Virus record (IMG/VR): IMGVR_UViG_3300035515_000158
Direction: 5' to 3' (one strand)
Length of the DNA stretch: 64,000 nt
DNA from: a virus
Lineage: Duplodnaviria; Heunggongvirae; Uroviricota; Caudoviricetes
The position numbers and the translations under genes are program-made. Under the pieces are notes generated by a model. The model searched no databases. It was not told the DNA's origin and saw only the letters and a program-made list of their open reading frames with translations. Of the stretch, positions 28,881 through 37,949 are shown one piece after another (position 1 is the stretch's first letter; every line of letters begins with the position of its first letter).

Positions 28881-29367
28881 TATGTTTAGTTTCTATATGT
28901 TCAATTTGATTGAATACATCCAAAAGACCATTGACTTCTTCTCTCATGTGTGAATATTCAAATTCACTTATTTCAAAGACTTCAATTTTATTAACATCAT
29001 AATCCAAATCAACAGTTGAATATGGATTGTCAAAGATATATAGAGGAATTTCTTTGTCCCATTCAAACTTTAATGACTGTTGATAATCCCCATCAAGGTT
29101 TGTGTGATTGATGAATTTAAATATTGTGTGAGTTTTAGCAGTGTCATTTGAAACATGGTCAACCTTAAAGTAAAGAATTTCAGCATCACCATTAATCTTA
29201 ACCACAAAATATTTCCCGATCAATGTCTTAAACCACTGGGCATACTCACTATTACTATCCAGTTCTTCAAAGAATTTAGTTTTAACATAGTATTGTTTAA
29301 ATTCTTCAAGAGTTGCATCTGGATGAATAAAAAGATATTGTTTTAGTTCCTTAAAATATTTTTCCAT
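28867..29367 (-). CDS. paralog-family protein 3 of 5 (166 aa)
   Basis: HPDATLEEF ... GKYFVV ... FEISEFEY. Confidence 0.5.
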   Translation of the reverse strand: MEKYFKELKQYLFIHPDATLEEFKQYYVKTKFFEELDSNSEYAQWFKTLIGKYFVVKINGDAEILYFKVDHVSNDTAKTHTIFKFINHTNLDGDYQQSLKFEWDKEIPLYIFDNPYSTVDLDYDVNKIEVFEISEFEYSHMREEVNGLLDVFNQIEHIETKHIENE

Positions 29368-29369
29368 AG

Positions 29370-29840
29370 TTATAACAGTGAAAGTTTATCAGATGATGCT
29401 TGTATTTTTTGTATTTCATTCATAGCTTTTATATACTCATCAGATGAAATTTCTACATATCGGTGTGGATTAAGAGACATTTCTTCAATAAGGGCATATG
29501 GATTATCAAACTTATCGAATGGAACGTTGTGATTATCCAGTCTTGTAACGGTCACACTTTGTTGTTCATCATAGTTGTCAAAATGAACTTCATACAATTT
29601 TTTAGTCAATCCTCGTTTTGTGTCAAGGTCAACTGCAGACAACAAGAAATAACACAAATACTTATTGGGGATAGTGAGTTTGAAACATTTACCTACTTGT
29701 TCCTCAAACCAAGCATTGTATTTTATTTTTCTCATGTTACGTTCCTTCTTTTCTTCCTGAAGGTAATCATAATATTCTTGTAGAGATGCCTTGGGATTAT
29801 CTTGTAGGAAATCTCTAAGTTTTTGTAATCCAGAACCCAT
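29370..29840 (-). CDS. paralog-family protein 4 of 5 (156 aa)
   Basis: NPKASLQEY ... VEISSDEYI. Confidence 0.5.
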   Translation of the reverse strand: MGSGLQKLRDFLQDNPKASLQEYYDYLQEEKKERNMRKIKYNAWFEEQVGKCFKLTIPNKYLCYFLLSAVDLDTKRGLTKKLYEVHFDNYDEQQSVTVTRLDNHNVPFDKFDNPYALIEEMSLNPHRYVEISSDEYIKAMNEIQKIQASSDKLSLL

Positions 29841-29842
29841 TG

Positions 29843-30205
29843 TTATAATTGTTTTACTAAAGTTATTGTATCATCACTATTTTCCATCAGAGGTTTATAC
29901 CCATTACGAATATACCAATCAAGTATGTCATTGGGGACAACCTTATTATAATCAAGATATACTTCTGTCATACCAGCTTCCTTAGCCAACTGTTCAGCCT
30001 TTTGTAGAAGTCTTGTTGCGATACCTTGTTTACGTTTATCTTCATCTACATACAAACAATAAATATAAGACTTAACCGGATATATCAAAGAAATAGGTTC
30101 ATCATATATATCCAAGTGAACCGTTCCACCTTCCTCAAAAATCAAATCTGTGGTTCGGTCTTTCCAAATTTGATGTTGTACTTTAATCATGTTGTTGTTC
30201 ATCAA
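29843..30205 (-). CDS. GNAT-family N-acetyltransferase (120 aa)
   Basis: YVDEDKRKQGIATRLL ... AGMTEVYL matches the acetyl-CoA-binding motif A (R/Q-xx-G-x-A). Confidence 0.65.
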   Translation of the reverse strand: MMNNNMIKVQHQIWKDRTTDLIFEEGGTVHLDIYDEPISLIYPVKSYIYCLYVDEDKRKQGIATRLLQKAEQLAKEAGMTEVYLDYNKVVPNDILDWYIRNGYKPLMENSDDTITLVKQL

Positions 30206-30719
30206 TTACGTCAATATCTTCATTTAAGAACTCCATTGTGTTTAGTTGAGAGGGTTGAAAATACTTCTTGACCAAACGAATATAATCATCTTGTGAGATT
30301 TCATATATCACAGAGTCAGGGTCATTTTTTCTCTCGACATTACCCAACCAAGGATTATCAAACATCTCCAACCATTCCTCACAGTCATATTGGATATTTG
30401 TTTGTACTTCAGTGGGGTGTCCATACTTATCATAGATAGCACAAGCTTGATAACATTCTTGAGCGTAGGCCTCTTGTTTTTCCAAGTCAACATGGTCAAC
30501 TTTGAATATTTCTCGATACAGGAAAGTAGGAGTTTTCATATCTTCCTTAACAAAATATCGACCTACCAAATTACCATACCAACAATTAGCATATGAAGTT
30601 TTAATGTCTTGATCTTTTTTGATACGTTTGAGGTGTTTTAGATATTCTTCAAGGGTAGCTTCAGAATTAAACTCCATATATTTTTCTACATTAAATATTT
30701 CTTCACTTAATTTTGCCAT
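30183..30719 (-). CDS. paralog-family protein 5 of 5 (178 aa)
   Basis: SEATLEEYL ... GRYFVKED ... YEISQDDYI. Confidence 0.5.
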   Translation of the reverse strand: MAKLSEEIFNVEKYMEFNSEATLEEYLKHLKRIKKDQDIKTSYANCWYGNLVGRYFVKEDMKTPTFLYREIFKVDHVDLEKQEAYAQECYQACAIYDKYGHPTEVQTNIQYDCEEWLEMFDNPWLGNVERKNDPDSVIYEISQDDYIRLVKKYFQPSQLNTMEFLNEDIDVIDEQQHD

Positions 30720-30721
30720 GA

Positions 30722-31006
30722 TTACAACTCATTAATTTCGTTACTTTTATATTTTTGATATGTAATTTTTTGATTTTCAGGATAGACTGTATAATTAAAG
30801 TCTGCATCACTAAAACCAGGGTCATATTCTGGCTCAAAACCTGATGACAACAACTCCCAAAGATAATCTCTACCGGATTTTGGTTTGTCAAGAAGGAGTT
30901 TCAATTTCTGTCCAATATAGTGGGGATAACCATCTTGTGATACATATAACTCAACAGGTTTCTCACTTCTTGAATCTATAATCTTTATTTTACAACTTGT
31001 GCTCAT
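30722..31006 (-). CDS. hypothetical protein (94 aa)
   Basis: Minus-strand ORF. Confidence 0.4.
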   Translation of the reverse strand: MSTSCKIKIIDSRSEKPVELYVSQDGYPHYIGQKLKLLLDKPKSGRDYLWELLSSGFEPEYDPGFSDADFNYTVYPENQKITYQKYKSNEINEL

Positions 31007-31016
31007 AAATCTATTA

Positions 31017-31334
31017 TTAAATTATATCACTATCATAACTAATCTCAACATTTCCAAAATAAAGACCTACATGAGCATATCCATCTTCATTTTGATATGA
31101 AATCTGAAGGTTTTCCTCGATAAAGTCTGTAATGAATCTACTAAGGAACTTACCATTTTTCTCCACCCATTGATAATATTCCTCATTCTCTCGGTCTCTT
31201 TGTAACTGAGAATAGTTTTCATTAATTTGGTCAATAGTTTTTTGATGTTCGATACGTTCTTGTTCCAGTTGTTTGTTTACTTCCAGAAGGTGACGTTCAA
31301 GTTCATCACGAGTTAATTTGTTTGCCATATCCAT
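31017..31334 (-). CDS. coiled-coil protein (105 aa), paralog of 40212..40514
   Basis: FLSRFITDFIEENLQISYQNEDGY aligns with FLDRYIKDYLKNNLSIEMSYTGDY. Confidence 0.45.
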   Translation of the reverse strand: MDMANKLTRDELERHLLEVNKQLEQERIEHQKTIDQINENYSQLQRDRENEEYYQWVEKNGKFLSRFITDFIEENLQISYQNEDGYAHVGLYFGNVEISYDSDII

Positions 31335-31586
31335 TTAATTTCTATTGAGTTTAAGAATTGACCTCTAATCATTTTTTTATTTTTGAGAGGGTATTGAAAG
31401 AGCTCATAATTTTTCCAACCCTTTACAATAAGGTAGTTAAATCTCTTGAAACGAAATCCATATTTTTTGATAGGTCGGCCATAAAGGTCAATCTTATCTT
31501 CACAGGTACCAAAGTTTATAATCATCTTGTTGTTTGATTTAAGATTAATTGGGTTGGGGAGATTGTTTCACTCCCCTTCCCAGATT

Positions 31587-32408
31587 TTATTTATCACCTC
31601 GACGGATATTCCACATTGAGTTTGTTCCACCACCCAAAACAATATCAACATTGGGATTGGCTTTATCTACAATCTTCAACATGATAAACTGTTCAGGGGA
31701 TAGGTTCATCTCTTTCATATACGCCTTGTCGGCCTCAGCACGAGCAATCTCAGCTTTCTTACGGGCTTCCTCTTTTTCAGCCAGTCGTTGTTGAGTTTGA
31801 CGAGCTTGAATCGCGGCGGCGGTGTTATTCATCTCAGCCAGTTGTTTGTCATTAGGTTTAGCTCGACCTGTGATGACTTCTCGAACTTCAACAGGAAATT
31901 CTTTCTTCTTTGACAGATTTTGAATATGTGTCACCAGTTTATTTTTTACTGCGGTGTCAATCTGTGTGCAAACTTCTCGGTTAGACATTAGGTCAAAAGG
32001 ACTATACTTTGAAATCTCCTCACGAACGAAATTACGATATACTACTTCAATGTTATTCTTGAACCAATCAACACCATAGTTCTTCATTAGAATAGGAGAT
32101 TTACCCGGTGTGATTTGGAGGGTGATATATGTCGCATAGTCCAGAGGGGTGTTATCATTAGACATAATATCATCAAAATCAACATCATATCGTTGGGGTG
32201 TGATTTTGAATGTTTCTGAACTTGTAGATGCACAACACCAAGTCAGACCAGTTTGAACAGGGGTATCATCAACACCACCATGACCAAAAAACCAAGGTTT
32301 GTAAATAAGAACCGCTTCCTCATCAGCATCAGGAGTAACCATATGACAAGAGGACATAGACATCATGGTAACAATGGCCATGACAAAAAATAGAAACTTC
32401 TTAAACAT
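31587..32408 (-). CDS. SPFH/band-7 (stomatin-prohibitin-flotillin-HflK/C) domain lipoprotein (273 aa)
   Basis: Signal peptide with lipobox MSMSSC; SPFH core and Ala/Glu/Lys/Gln-rich coiled-coil tail QARQTQQRLAEKEEARKKAEIARAEADKA. Confidence 0.65.
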   Translation of the reverse strand: MFKKFLFFVMAIVTMMSMSSCHMVTPDADEEAVLIYKPWFFGHGGVDDTPVQTGLTWCCASTSSETFKITPQRYDVDFDDIMSNDNTPLDYATYITLQITPGKSPILMKNYGVDWFKNNIEVVYRNFVREEISKYSPFDLMSNREVCTQIDTAVKNKLVTHIQNLSKKKEFPVEVREVITGRAKPNDKQLAEMNNTAAAIQARQTQQRLAEKEEARKKAEIARAEADKAYMKEMNLSPEQFIMLKIVDKANPNVDIVLGGGTNSMWNIRRGDK

Positions 32409-32437
32409 AATTTATTTGAGATTTAATTAACTTTTGT

Positions 32438-32854
32438 TTACTTTTTTACATGAACATCTGTAATGTAACTGGGTTTCTCCATTGATGTATAAGACATATC
32501 ATCTATCTTTATGACACGATATTGGCTGTCAAAACTTACAAACATCGGACCAGAAACTTTGACACTTCCTTTATAAAACCAGACAAATTTTGGTTTTATT
32601 TGATAACTTACCTTAGCATCTGTTTCTTCTATTATTTCAATACAATCAGGTCTTCCATATGCTTCCAAGATTTGTATTGATGATAGAGGGTGTGTCTCAG
32701 GTTCTTGTTCCCATTTTTCGATATATCCTTTGGGATTGAGTGCCCCAAATAACATAGACTTACGAAATCTTTTCGTCTTGTAGTTAGAATACATCTCCGA
32801 TAGTAATAGAAATATAACAAAAACAAGACCTGTTATAATAAAAATAGTTGTCAT
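32438..32854 (-). CDS. NfeD-like membrane protein (N-terminal TM, C-terminal beta-rich domain; 138 aa), partner of the SPFH gene
   Basis: TM helix IFIITGLVFVIFLLL; beta-strand-rich C-terminus; 4-nt overlap with the upstream phosphatase gene. Confidence 0.4.
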   Translation of the reverse strand: MTTIFIITGLVFVIFLLLSEMYSNYKTKRFRKSMLFGALNPKGYIEKWEQEPETHPLSSIQILEAYGRPDCIEIIEETDAKVSYQIKPKFVWFYKGSVKVSGPMFVSFDSQYRVIKIDDMSYTSMEKPSYITDVHVKK

Positions 32855-33369
32855 TTTTCTTCAAACATATTATGGAGTTTATAAAATTCTCTTTTCAACA
32901 TAGTCAACACCCTGATGTTAGGTGTTTTGGGAGGGTTACTGGATAGACATGATTCTTTTTCAGTGTATCCATATTCTTCACCATACATATCAAGTATGAA
33001 ACGACAGATGGCTTGTGATCTTGATTTACCAGCTCGACAGTGAATATAGAAATTACGACCTTTATTTCGTTCAATAAATTCTACACATTTCTTAGCTTGG
33101 TCTTCGCTGATACCTAAGAACGTTGTCCCTTTGTATAGGAATTGGTCATCATTCACATCATCAAATTCCATATTTAACACATTATCTGTATCTTTTTGGA
33201 ACCAGTGATATGTTTCTTCATGGAGATAGTTGTTAAGACAATCCGGTGTTCCAATGATAGAGATGAACGCCTTGTCTGTTTCTCTCTCCACATTTTCATC
33301 GCTGATATTCATTCGCCACATCTTAATGTCGAAGTCAGCTTGTGAAAAAACACTTATTCGATTTACCAT
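32851..33369 (-). CDS. dual-specificity (Cys-based) protein/RNA phosphatase (172 aa)
   Basis: Exact active-site signature IHCRAGKSRS (HC-x2-G-x2-RS). Confidence 0.75.
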   Translation of the reverse strand: MVNRISVFSQADFDIKMWRMNISDENVERETDKAFISIIGTPDCLNNYLHEETYHWFQKDTDNVLNMEFDDVNDDQFLYKGTTFLGISEDQAKKCVEFIERNKGRNFYIHCRAGKSRSQAICRFILDMYGEEYGYTEKESCLSSNPPKTPNIRVLTMLKREFYKLHNMFEEK

Positions 33370-33626
33370 GACAGTTCACCATTTACTTCCTTAACATCAT
33401 TCCATTTGAGATGGTCATAGCTTGGGAAAATGATACACTCACCTTTTGAGAACAACTTTCCATACATATCAGTTGCATCACAAAAGACCTCATCATCATT
33501 AATATCGCACGAAAACATAATGGTCTCAAATTCAGAAACACCATTAAATGTTACTTCACCATAGACTGTAGTGTAGAGTGTGATACCTTTTTTACAATGT
33601 CTTAGTATATCAGCGAGATTTATCAT
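33363..33626 (-). CDS. hypothetical protein (87 aa), translationally coupled on both sides
   Basis: Overlaps both flanking genes by 4 to 7 nt. Confidence 0.4.
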   Translation of the reverse strand: MINLADILRHCKKGITLYTTVYGEVTFNGVSEFETIMFSCDINDDEVFCDATDMYGKLFSKGECIIFPSYDHLKWNDVKEVNGELSW

Positions 33627-34102
33627 AATATTTTTTTTACGATTGATTGAATATCCTTAATGTCTTTTGTTCGATTGTATTCTTTCTTTTTGTTGATACA
33701 GTCGATAGGTCGTTCAACCCAGAAACCAGTCACAACAGGATCCTTTGATTGGAATTGAATATCTGTTCCAAAGTCGGTAGTTTCTTTGTCCACCAACCAT
33801 ATATCAATGTGTTTATCACCTTTCATATATAGTGACATGGGTTTTCCGGGTGATGTTTCTTGTCCCATTACACGTTCTTGGATATTGTTTACCCAGAGAA
33901 TAAGTCGACGATAAGCTTCTATTTCATCATGTTTTACTCGGATAACAATGTCTATGTCAGTGGCGGCGTCTCTATTTTCAGGGAACAAACCACAAATATC
34001 AAGAGCGATACTTCCACACACCATCATGTCATAGTGAGGAACACCAAGAATTTCAAGGATGGTGATAGCTTGTTCGAGAGTTTTATAATTTTCAGCAATC
34101 AT
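33623..34102 (-). CDS. minimal Pol-beta-superfamily nucleotidyltransferase (159 aa)
   Basis: CGSIALDICGL-x9-DIDIVI matches the h-G-[GS]-x9-13-D-h-[DE]-h motif. Confidence 0.65.
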   Translation of the reverse strand: MIAENYKTLEQAITILEILGVPHYDMMVCGSIALDICGLFPENRDAATDIDIVIRVKHDEIEAYRRLILWVNNIQERVMGQETSPGKPMSLYMKGDKHIDIWLVDKETTDFGTDIQFQSKDPVVTGFWVERPIDCINKKKEYNRTKDIKDIQSIVKKIL

Positions 34103-34104
34103 AA

Positions 34105-34284
34105 TTAATAGATGTTATAAATTTCTTCTTCAAGTTTATAGAGTTCATTAGAGAGGCGGATGTAAATTCTATCTCGAATCTCACCTGTTTCTTCATCACA
34201 TTCACTATACATGAGGTCACGAAGTTTTGCATCTATTGTTTCATGTAGGTGAACCAATTTTTCTTTGAGGTCGTATTTGTCCAT
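34105..34284 (-). CDS. small protein (59 aa, MDKYDLKEKLVHLHETIDAKL...)
   Basis: Unlisted ORF between the ATPase and the nucleotidyltransferase genes. Confidence 0.35.
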   Translation of the reverse strand: MDKYDLKEKLVHLHETIDAKLRDLMYSECDEETGEIRDRIYIRLSNELYKLEEEIYNIY

Positions 34285-34308
34285 TTTATTTGAAATTAGA
34301 GGTTAGAC

Positions 34309-34929
34309 TTATTTGAGGTGATTTGACAACACCTTATAAAGAGCATTTGATTTTTTCTCAAATTCTTCAATATCAATCATCTCTGGTTCTTCATTCATCC
34401 ATTCTTCTTTGGTTTTCTTTTGGATATTAATGAATTTGTCAGCGATTGTGAGTTGATTAATCAGAGTTTTTGAGTGAGAAATGATAAGAACACCTTTGTA
34501 TTTGTCCTTATTTTCAGTCAAGTAGTCATTGATATATTTACCCCATGACATTTGCATAGAAGCACTCATACCAATTTCAGGTTCATCAAGTACGATATAA
34601 CGGTCATCTGAACAACTAAACAAACCTTTGATTCCATTCATTGTGTTACTTGATGTTGCTACCCAAGATGTGTCACGAAGGAAAACACCACCACCACCCA
34701 TTTCACTATGAAGTCCGGTTCGTTTATCCATAGAAGAATCCGCAACAATCACCTTCTCACCATTGTTCTTTCTTTTGAGGTCAGAAGCAAGGACTTTTCT
34801 AATAAGTGACTTACCTGAACCATTGTCACCTGTAAGGATTGTTACCTTTCCAAGTTCAATCTGTTCAAGAGCATCAACTATATTGTCGAAGGCTTGTTCA
34901 GCATATTCTATGTAATCTTGTTCTGTCAT
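34309..34929 (-). CDS. compact ABC/AAA-type ATPase (206 aa)
   Basis: Walker A LTGDNGSGKS; Walker B YIVLDEPE; His-switch-like ISHS. Confidence 0.65.
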   Translation of the reverse strand: MTEQDYIEYAEQAFDNIVDALEQIELGKVTILTGDNGSGKSLIRKVLASDLKRKNNGEKVIVADSSMDKRTGLHSEMGGGGVFLRDTSWVATSSNTMNGIKGLFSCSDDRYIVLDEPEIGMSASMQMSWGKYINDYLTENKDKYKGVLIISHSKTLINQLTIADKFINIQKKTKEEWMNEEPEMIDIEEFEKKSNALYKVLSNHLK

Positions 34930-34947
34930 TATATCTTGTTTTTTAAT

Positions 34948-35012
34948 TACACTACAAAGTTACAGGTTTTTTCTAACATCTCCAAATTTTAAGTGCTAAA
35001 AATTTGTTAAAA
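34948..35012 (-). promoter_or_regulatory. class-1 promoter element driving the ATPase-nucleotidyltransferase-phosphatase-NfeD-SPFH operon
   Basis: -7 at 34955-34962; -33 at 34983-34986. Confidence 0.65.
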
Positions 35013-35013
35013 G

Positions 35014-35322
35014 TTATTTCCCCATCCCCATTATTATCAAACTATCAAAAATGTCATCAAGAATATTATCCATCACATTTCCATATATACCATCAACAAA
35101 ATCTTCATCAAAATCCGACTGGTCAAAATACTCAAATACAAATTTCTTTATTCCACCATTGTCAATTTTTTCAGAAACAACCTCCCAAGAAGATTCACAA
35201 CTGATAAACTCATCAACAACTAACTGAGCTACTTCGGTGATTACTTCATCCCATATCTCTCCACAATCCTCACGTGCTGATGATAGTTCGGACTCACTAT
35301 ATCTATTATCATACTTTTTCAT
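35014..35322 (-). CDS. acidic hypothetical protein (102 aa)
   Basis: Minus-strand ORF. Confidence 0.4.
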   Translation of the reverse strand: MKKYDNRYSESELSSAREDCGEIWDEVITEVAQLVVDEFISCESSWEVVSEKIDNGGIKKFVFEYFDQSDFDEDFVDGIYGNVMDNILDDIFDSLIIMGMGK

Positions 35323-35569
35323 TTACTAATTCAACTATTGTATTAATTAATTCTTTATGTTCATTAAAAAAATGTGCAGTTTCAGTTGTCACTCCCCCCC
35401 AATGTACTCGACCTACTCTCCAAAGAAAATAATTCTGAAACTTTTGACAGAGATATAAATCATCATCATTATTGACTGCATAAGACAAGGCATCTAAAAA
35501 GTCATGTCTTATCCACTCTCTTAATTCTTTAATCGTAAAATCTTCTTTCTTTTCAATCATAATATTCAT
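35309..35569 (-). CDS. hypothetical protein (listed ORF extends to 35626; an internal Met start is likely)
   Basis: The listed ORF overlaps the upstream gene by 74 nt; internal Met codons would remove the overlap. Confidence 0.35.
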   Translation of the reverse strand: MNIMIEKKEDFTIKELREWIRHDFLDALSYAVNNDDDLYLCQKFQNYFLWRVGRVHWGGVTTETAHFFNEHKELINTIVELVNEKV

Positions 35570-35882
35570 CTTTTTTATAAGAGAAAAATTCGTCATTGTC
35601 ATATCCATAAACTCTATAATTATCACGAATCATATCCATAGCATCATCATAGATGTGACAAATCCATTTATATTCTATTGCGAAATCTTCAAAGTATGCC
35701 TCAACTTCCTTAAATCTTCCTTCACCATTGAAATCTACATCAATCATTTCAACTTCATGTCCTTCTAAATAAACATTAACAAAAGTTGAAGATTTTAGGA
35801 TGATTTGGTACACTTTATTAACTATTTCCTCATAATATTTGTGGTTGTTCAATAGTTCTTTCGCAGTAATTTGAGGTTTCAT
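35553..35882 (-). CDS. hypothetical protein (listed ORF extends to 35951; the internal start MKPQITAKEL gives an ATGA overlap with the upstream gene)
   Basis: Start adjusted to remove an improbable 73-nt overlap. Confidence 0.35.
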   Translation of the reverse strand: MKPQITAKELLNNHKYYEEIVNKVYQIILKSSTFVNVYLEGHEVEMIDVDFNGEGRFKEVEAYFEDFAIEYKWICHIYDDAMDMIRDNYRVYGYDNDEFFSYKKDEYYD

Positions 35883-36967
35883 TTTAACCAGTTTTTTGAT
35901 AGGTATGGTAATTCTTGAAATTTGGCTTGGACTGTATATCCGGTTAACCATTTTATCACACGAACATCTGTCGTCGTAATCTCATCATCTATTTTAATCA
36001 CAGTTCCGGATATATTCAAACAATCATTAGATGGAAATTTACATAGACCTGCTTTCAATAGACCACATTGGTATTTTACATCATGGATTAACTCATAATT
36101 AAAGGGGATTTCAATATCAAGTTTAGTTTTTGTTTCATGGGATTTCTTATAACTCATACATTTATCTCTCATAGGGCAATCCCAACAACCAACCTCATTT
36201 GGTCTATAATAATGTGCATTTGGATCCCTTTCCAGATTATGTGTATGTGCAATTAAACATGAAGTCTTTCTAAAAATAGGGACATCATAAGACTTAGCAA
36301 TTTCTCTCAGTCTATTATCTCTCTCATCAGATATAAATTTCTTCAATCCAAACTCATGTCCATCATACGGTTTGAAATGAATATCTTGACTTTCTAAATA
36401 TTGTTTTAGTGAGGGGTTGACCTGTAATCCTGAATACCCAATAGATGTTTTATATTCAGAAGCAGTTCGACATACAAAGTCAAAGACATCATCAGAGTCA
36501 TTTACATCACGAATGATTGGTCTGAACTCAATGTTATACTTGTAATTACTTTGAGAAATGACATCGAGATTGTGAATAAATCGTTTTAATGTATTACCAT
36601 CATAAGGAGAATCACAACCAAAAGTAGATAATCCAAAATGAAGGTTCAAGTTAAAAGTTTCCAAAATAGGAAACTTTGATATATCTCCTTTGGTGATTAT
36701 GATAACTGGGCCTGTATGACCAATACTTTCCAATCTCCTAAGTTTCTTTACAGTATCATCAACTTGTAGAAGGGGATCCCCATACATCAAATTAATCGCA
36801 ACCGGAAAACTTTTGAAGATGGGATTGATTTCTTCTGGTAAAATGTCATAGTTTAATTTGTCAGTTTCAATAGCTCGACAATACTTACAACCAAAACATT
36901 TATTTAGACCATGTGAATAACTGACGAAACTTTTCGTAAAGTATATATCTTTAATTAAATCATTCAT
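35879..36967 (-). CDS. radical-SAM-like Fe-S protein with a variant N-terminal Cys triad and a C-terminal six-Cys auxiliary-cluster region (362 aa)
   Basis: SHGLNKCFGCKYCRA (C-x2-C-x2-C) followed by YGDPLLQ (a GGEPLL-like motif); C-terminal GCWDCPMRDKC and CGLLKAGLCKFPSNDC. Confidence 0.5.
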   Translation of the reverse strand: MNDLIKDIYFTKSFVSYSHGLNKCFGCKYCRAIETDKLNYDILPEEINPIFKSFPVAINLMYGDPLLQVDDTVKKLRRLESIGHTGPVIIITKGDISKFPILETFNLNLHFGLSTFGCDSPYDGNTLKRFIHNLDVISQSNYKYNIEFRPIIRDVNDSDDVFDFVCRTASEYKTSIGYSGLQVNPSLKQYLESQDIHFKPYDGHEFGLKKFISDERDNRLREIAKSYDVPIFRKTSCLIAHTHNLERDPNAHYYRPNEVGCWDCPMRDKCMSYKKSHETKTKLDIEIPFNYELIHDVKYQCGLLKAGLCKFPSNDCLNISGTVIKIDDEITTTDVRVIKWLTGYTVQAKFQELPYLSKNWLK

Positions 36968-37044
36968 CCCACAATTTTATAAAAACATATATTAAAAGAC
37001 AGATAGTCACGACAGCTAATGTCATGGCTATCACTAATAGAATA

Positions 37045-37416
37045 TCATTGACCGACATAATCTTTAGAATGTAATTTCAGTGAATAGACCTCATCAAGCA
37101 TGGTGACAACTTCTTTTAGTTTATCACATATCTTGTCATACTTATCAATAATCACATTTACATTTTGGGGAAGTGATGTATAACCACTATATCCATAATG
37201 TCGTTGGAGTTCTTGATAGAATGAATTTTTATCAGTCTTATCTGAGAAGTATTTTATAAAATCAGTAATGTCATCTTTCATTGGTTGGTCACATTCTTTC
37301 TGAGCATCCAACCAACCATTTATATAACTATCAACATTTTTCTTAGAGAGATTGTTGTCATTATATAAAATGTTCAGAGCTTTCTGTTTGACTTCTTCTG
37401 TCTTAAACTTTTTCAT
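37045..37416 (-). CDS. hypothetical protein (123 aa)
   Basis: Minus-strand ORF. Confidence 0.45.
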   Translation of the reverse strand: MKKFKTEEVKQKALNILYNDNNLSKKNVDSYINGWLDAQKECDQPMKDDITDFIKYFSDKTDKNSFYQELQRHYGYSGYTSLPQNVNVIIDKYDKICDKLKEVVTMLDEVYSLKLHSKDYVGQ

Positions 37417-37562
37417 TTTTCTTTGTTTAATTTTTTGTTTATTTTTTTAATATCCCTAATGTTCTCACAAATATCAAAGTAAACATTAATGATCAACCAA
37501 CAAAACAGAGAGGCAACCACAACCACAAAGAAACATAATATACAAAATGTTAGTGTCGCCAT
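37413..37562 (-). CDS. small hydrophobic protein (49 aa, MATLTFCILCFFVVVVASLFCWLII...)
   Basis: Unlisted ORF; its stop forms an ATGA overlap with the 37045..37416 start. Confidence 0.3.
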   Translation of the reverse strand: MATLTFCILCFFVVVVASLFCWLIINVYFDICENIRDIKKINKKLNKEK

Positions 37563-37702
37563 TTTTCTAATTGTTTTTCTTTTCTATCGAGAATACTGTA
37601 GGTTATAACGTAGATAATGATTTCGAGTCCAAAGATAATGGCTCCAATACCTGCACAGTAACACATAATCATCAAAACGATAGCATGAATTCCTGTAAAC
37701 AT
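37550..37702 (-). CDS. small hydrophobic protein (50 aa, MFTGIHAIVLMIMCYCAGIGAIIFGLEIIIYVI...)
   Basis: Unlisted ORF. Confidence 0.3.
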   Translation of the reverse strand: MFTGIHAIVLMIMCYCAGIGAIIFGLEIIIYVITYSILDRKEKQLEKWRH

Positions 37703-37715
37703 ACCTTACTTATTA

Positions 37716-37949
37716 TTAATCTTCATCTCCTGCATAGTAACAAACAGAACTGAACAACAGAGCCATGACACCGATCCAAGATGAAATTGACAGGATAAGG
37801 TCAATCAATCTGTCTTTTCTGAGGGTTTCTTTTGAGGGGACAGGTCGAGTTTTATAATAGTTCTTTGTGATTTTTCCAGTCAACCAGAAGTTAACTATAC
37901 AACCAAGAACATAGATGATAAAAATAATTAACCAAGTGCTCATAATCAA
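37716..37949 (-). CDS. small membrane protein (77 aa)
   Basis: Two predicted TM helices. Confidence 0.4.
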   Translation of the reverse strand: MIMSTWLIIFIIYVLGCIVNFWLTGKITKNYYKTRPVPSKETLRKDRLIDLILSISSWIGVMALLFSSVCYYAGDED

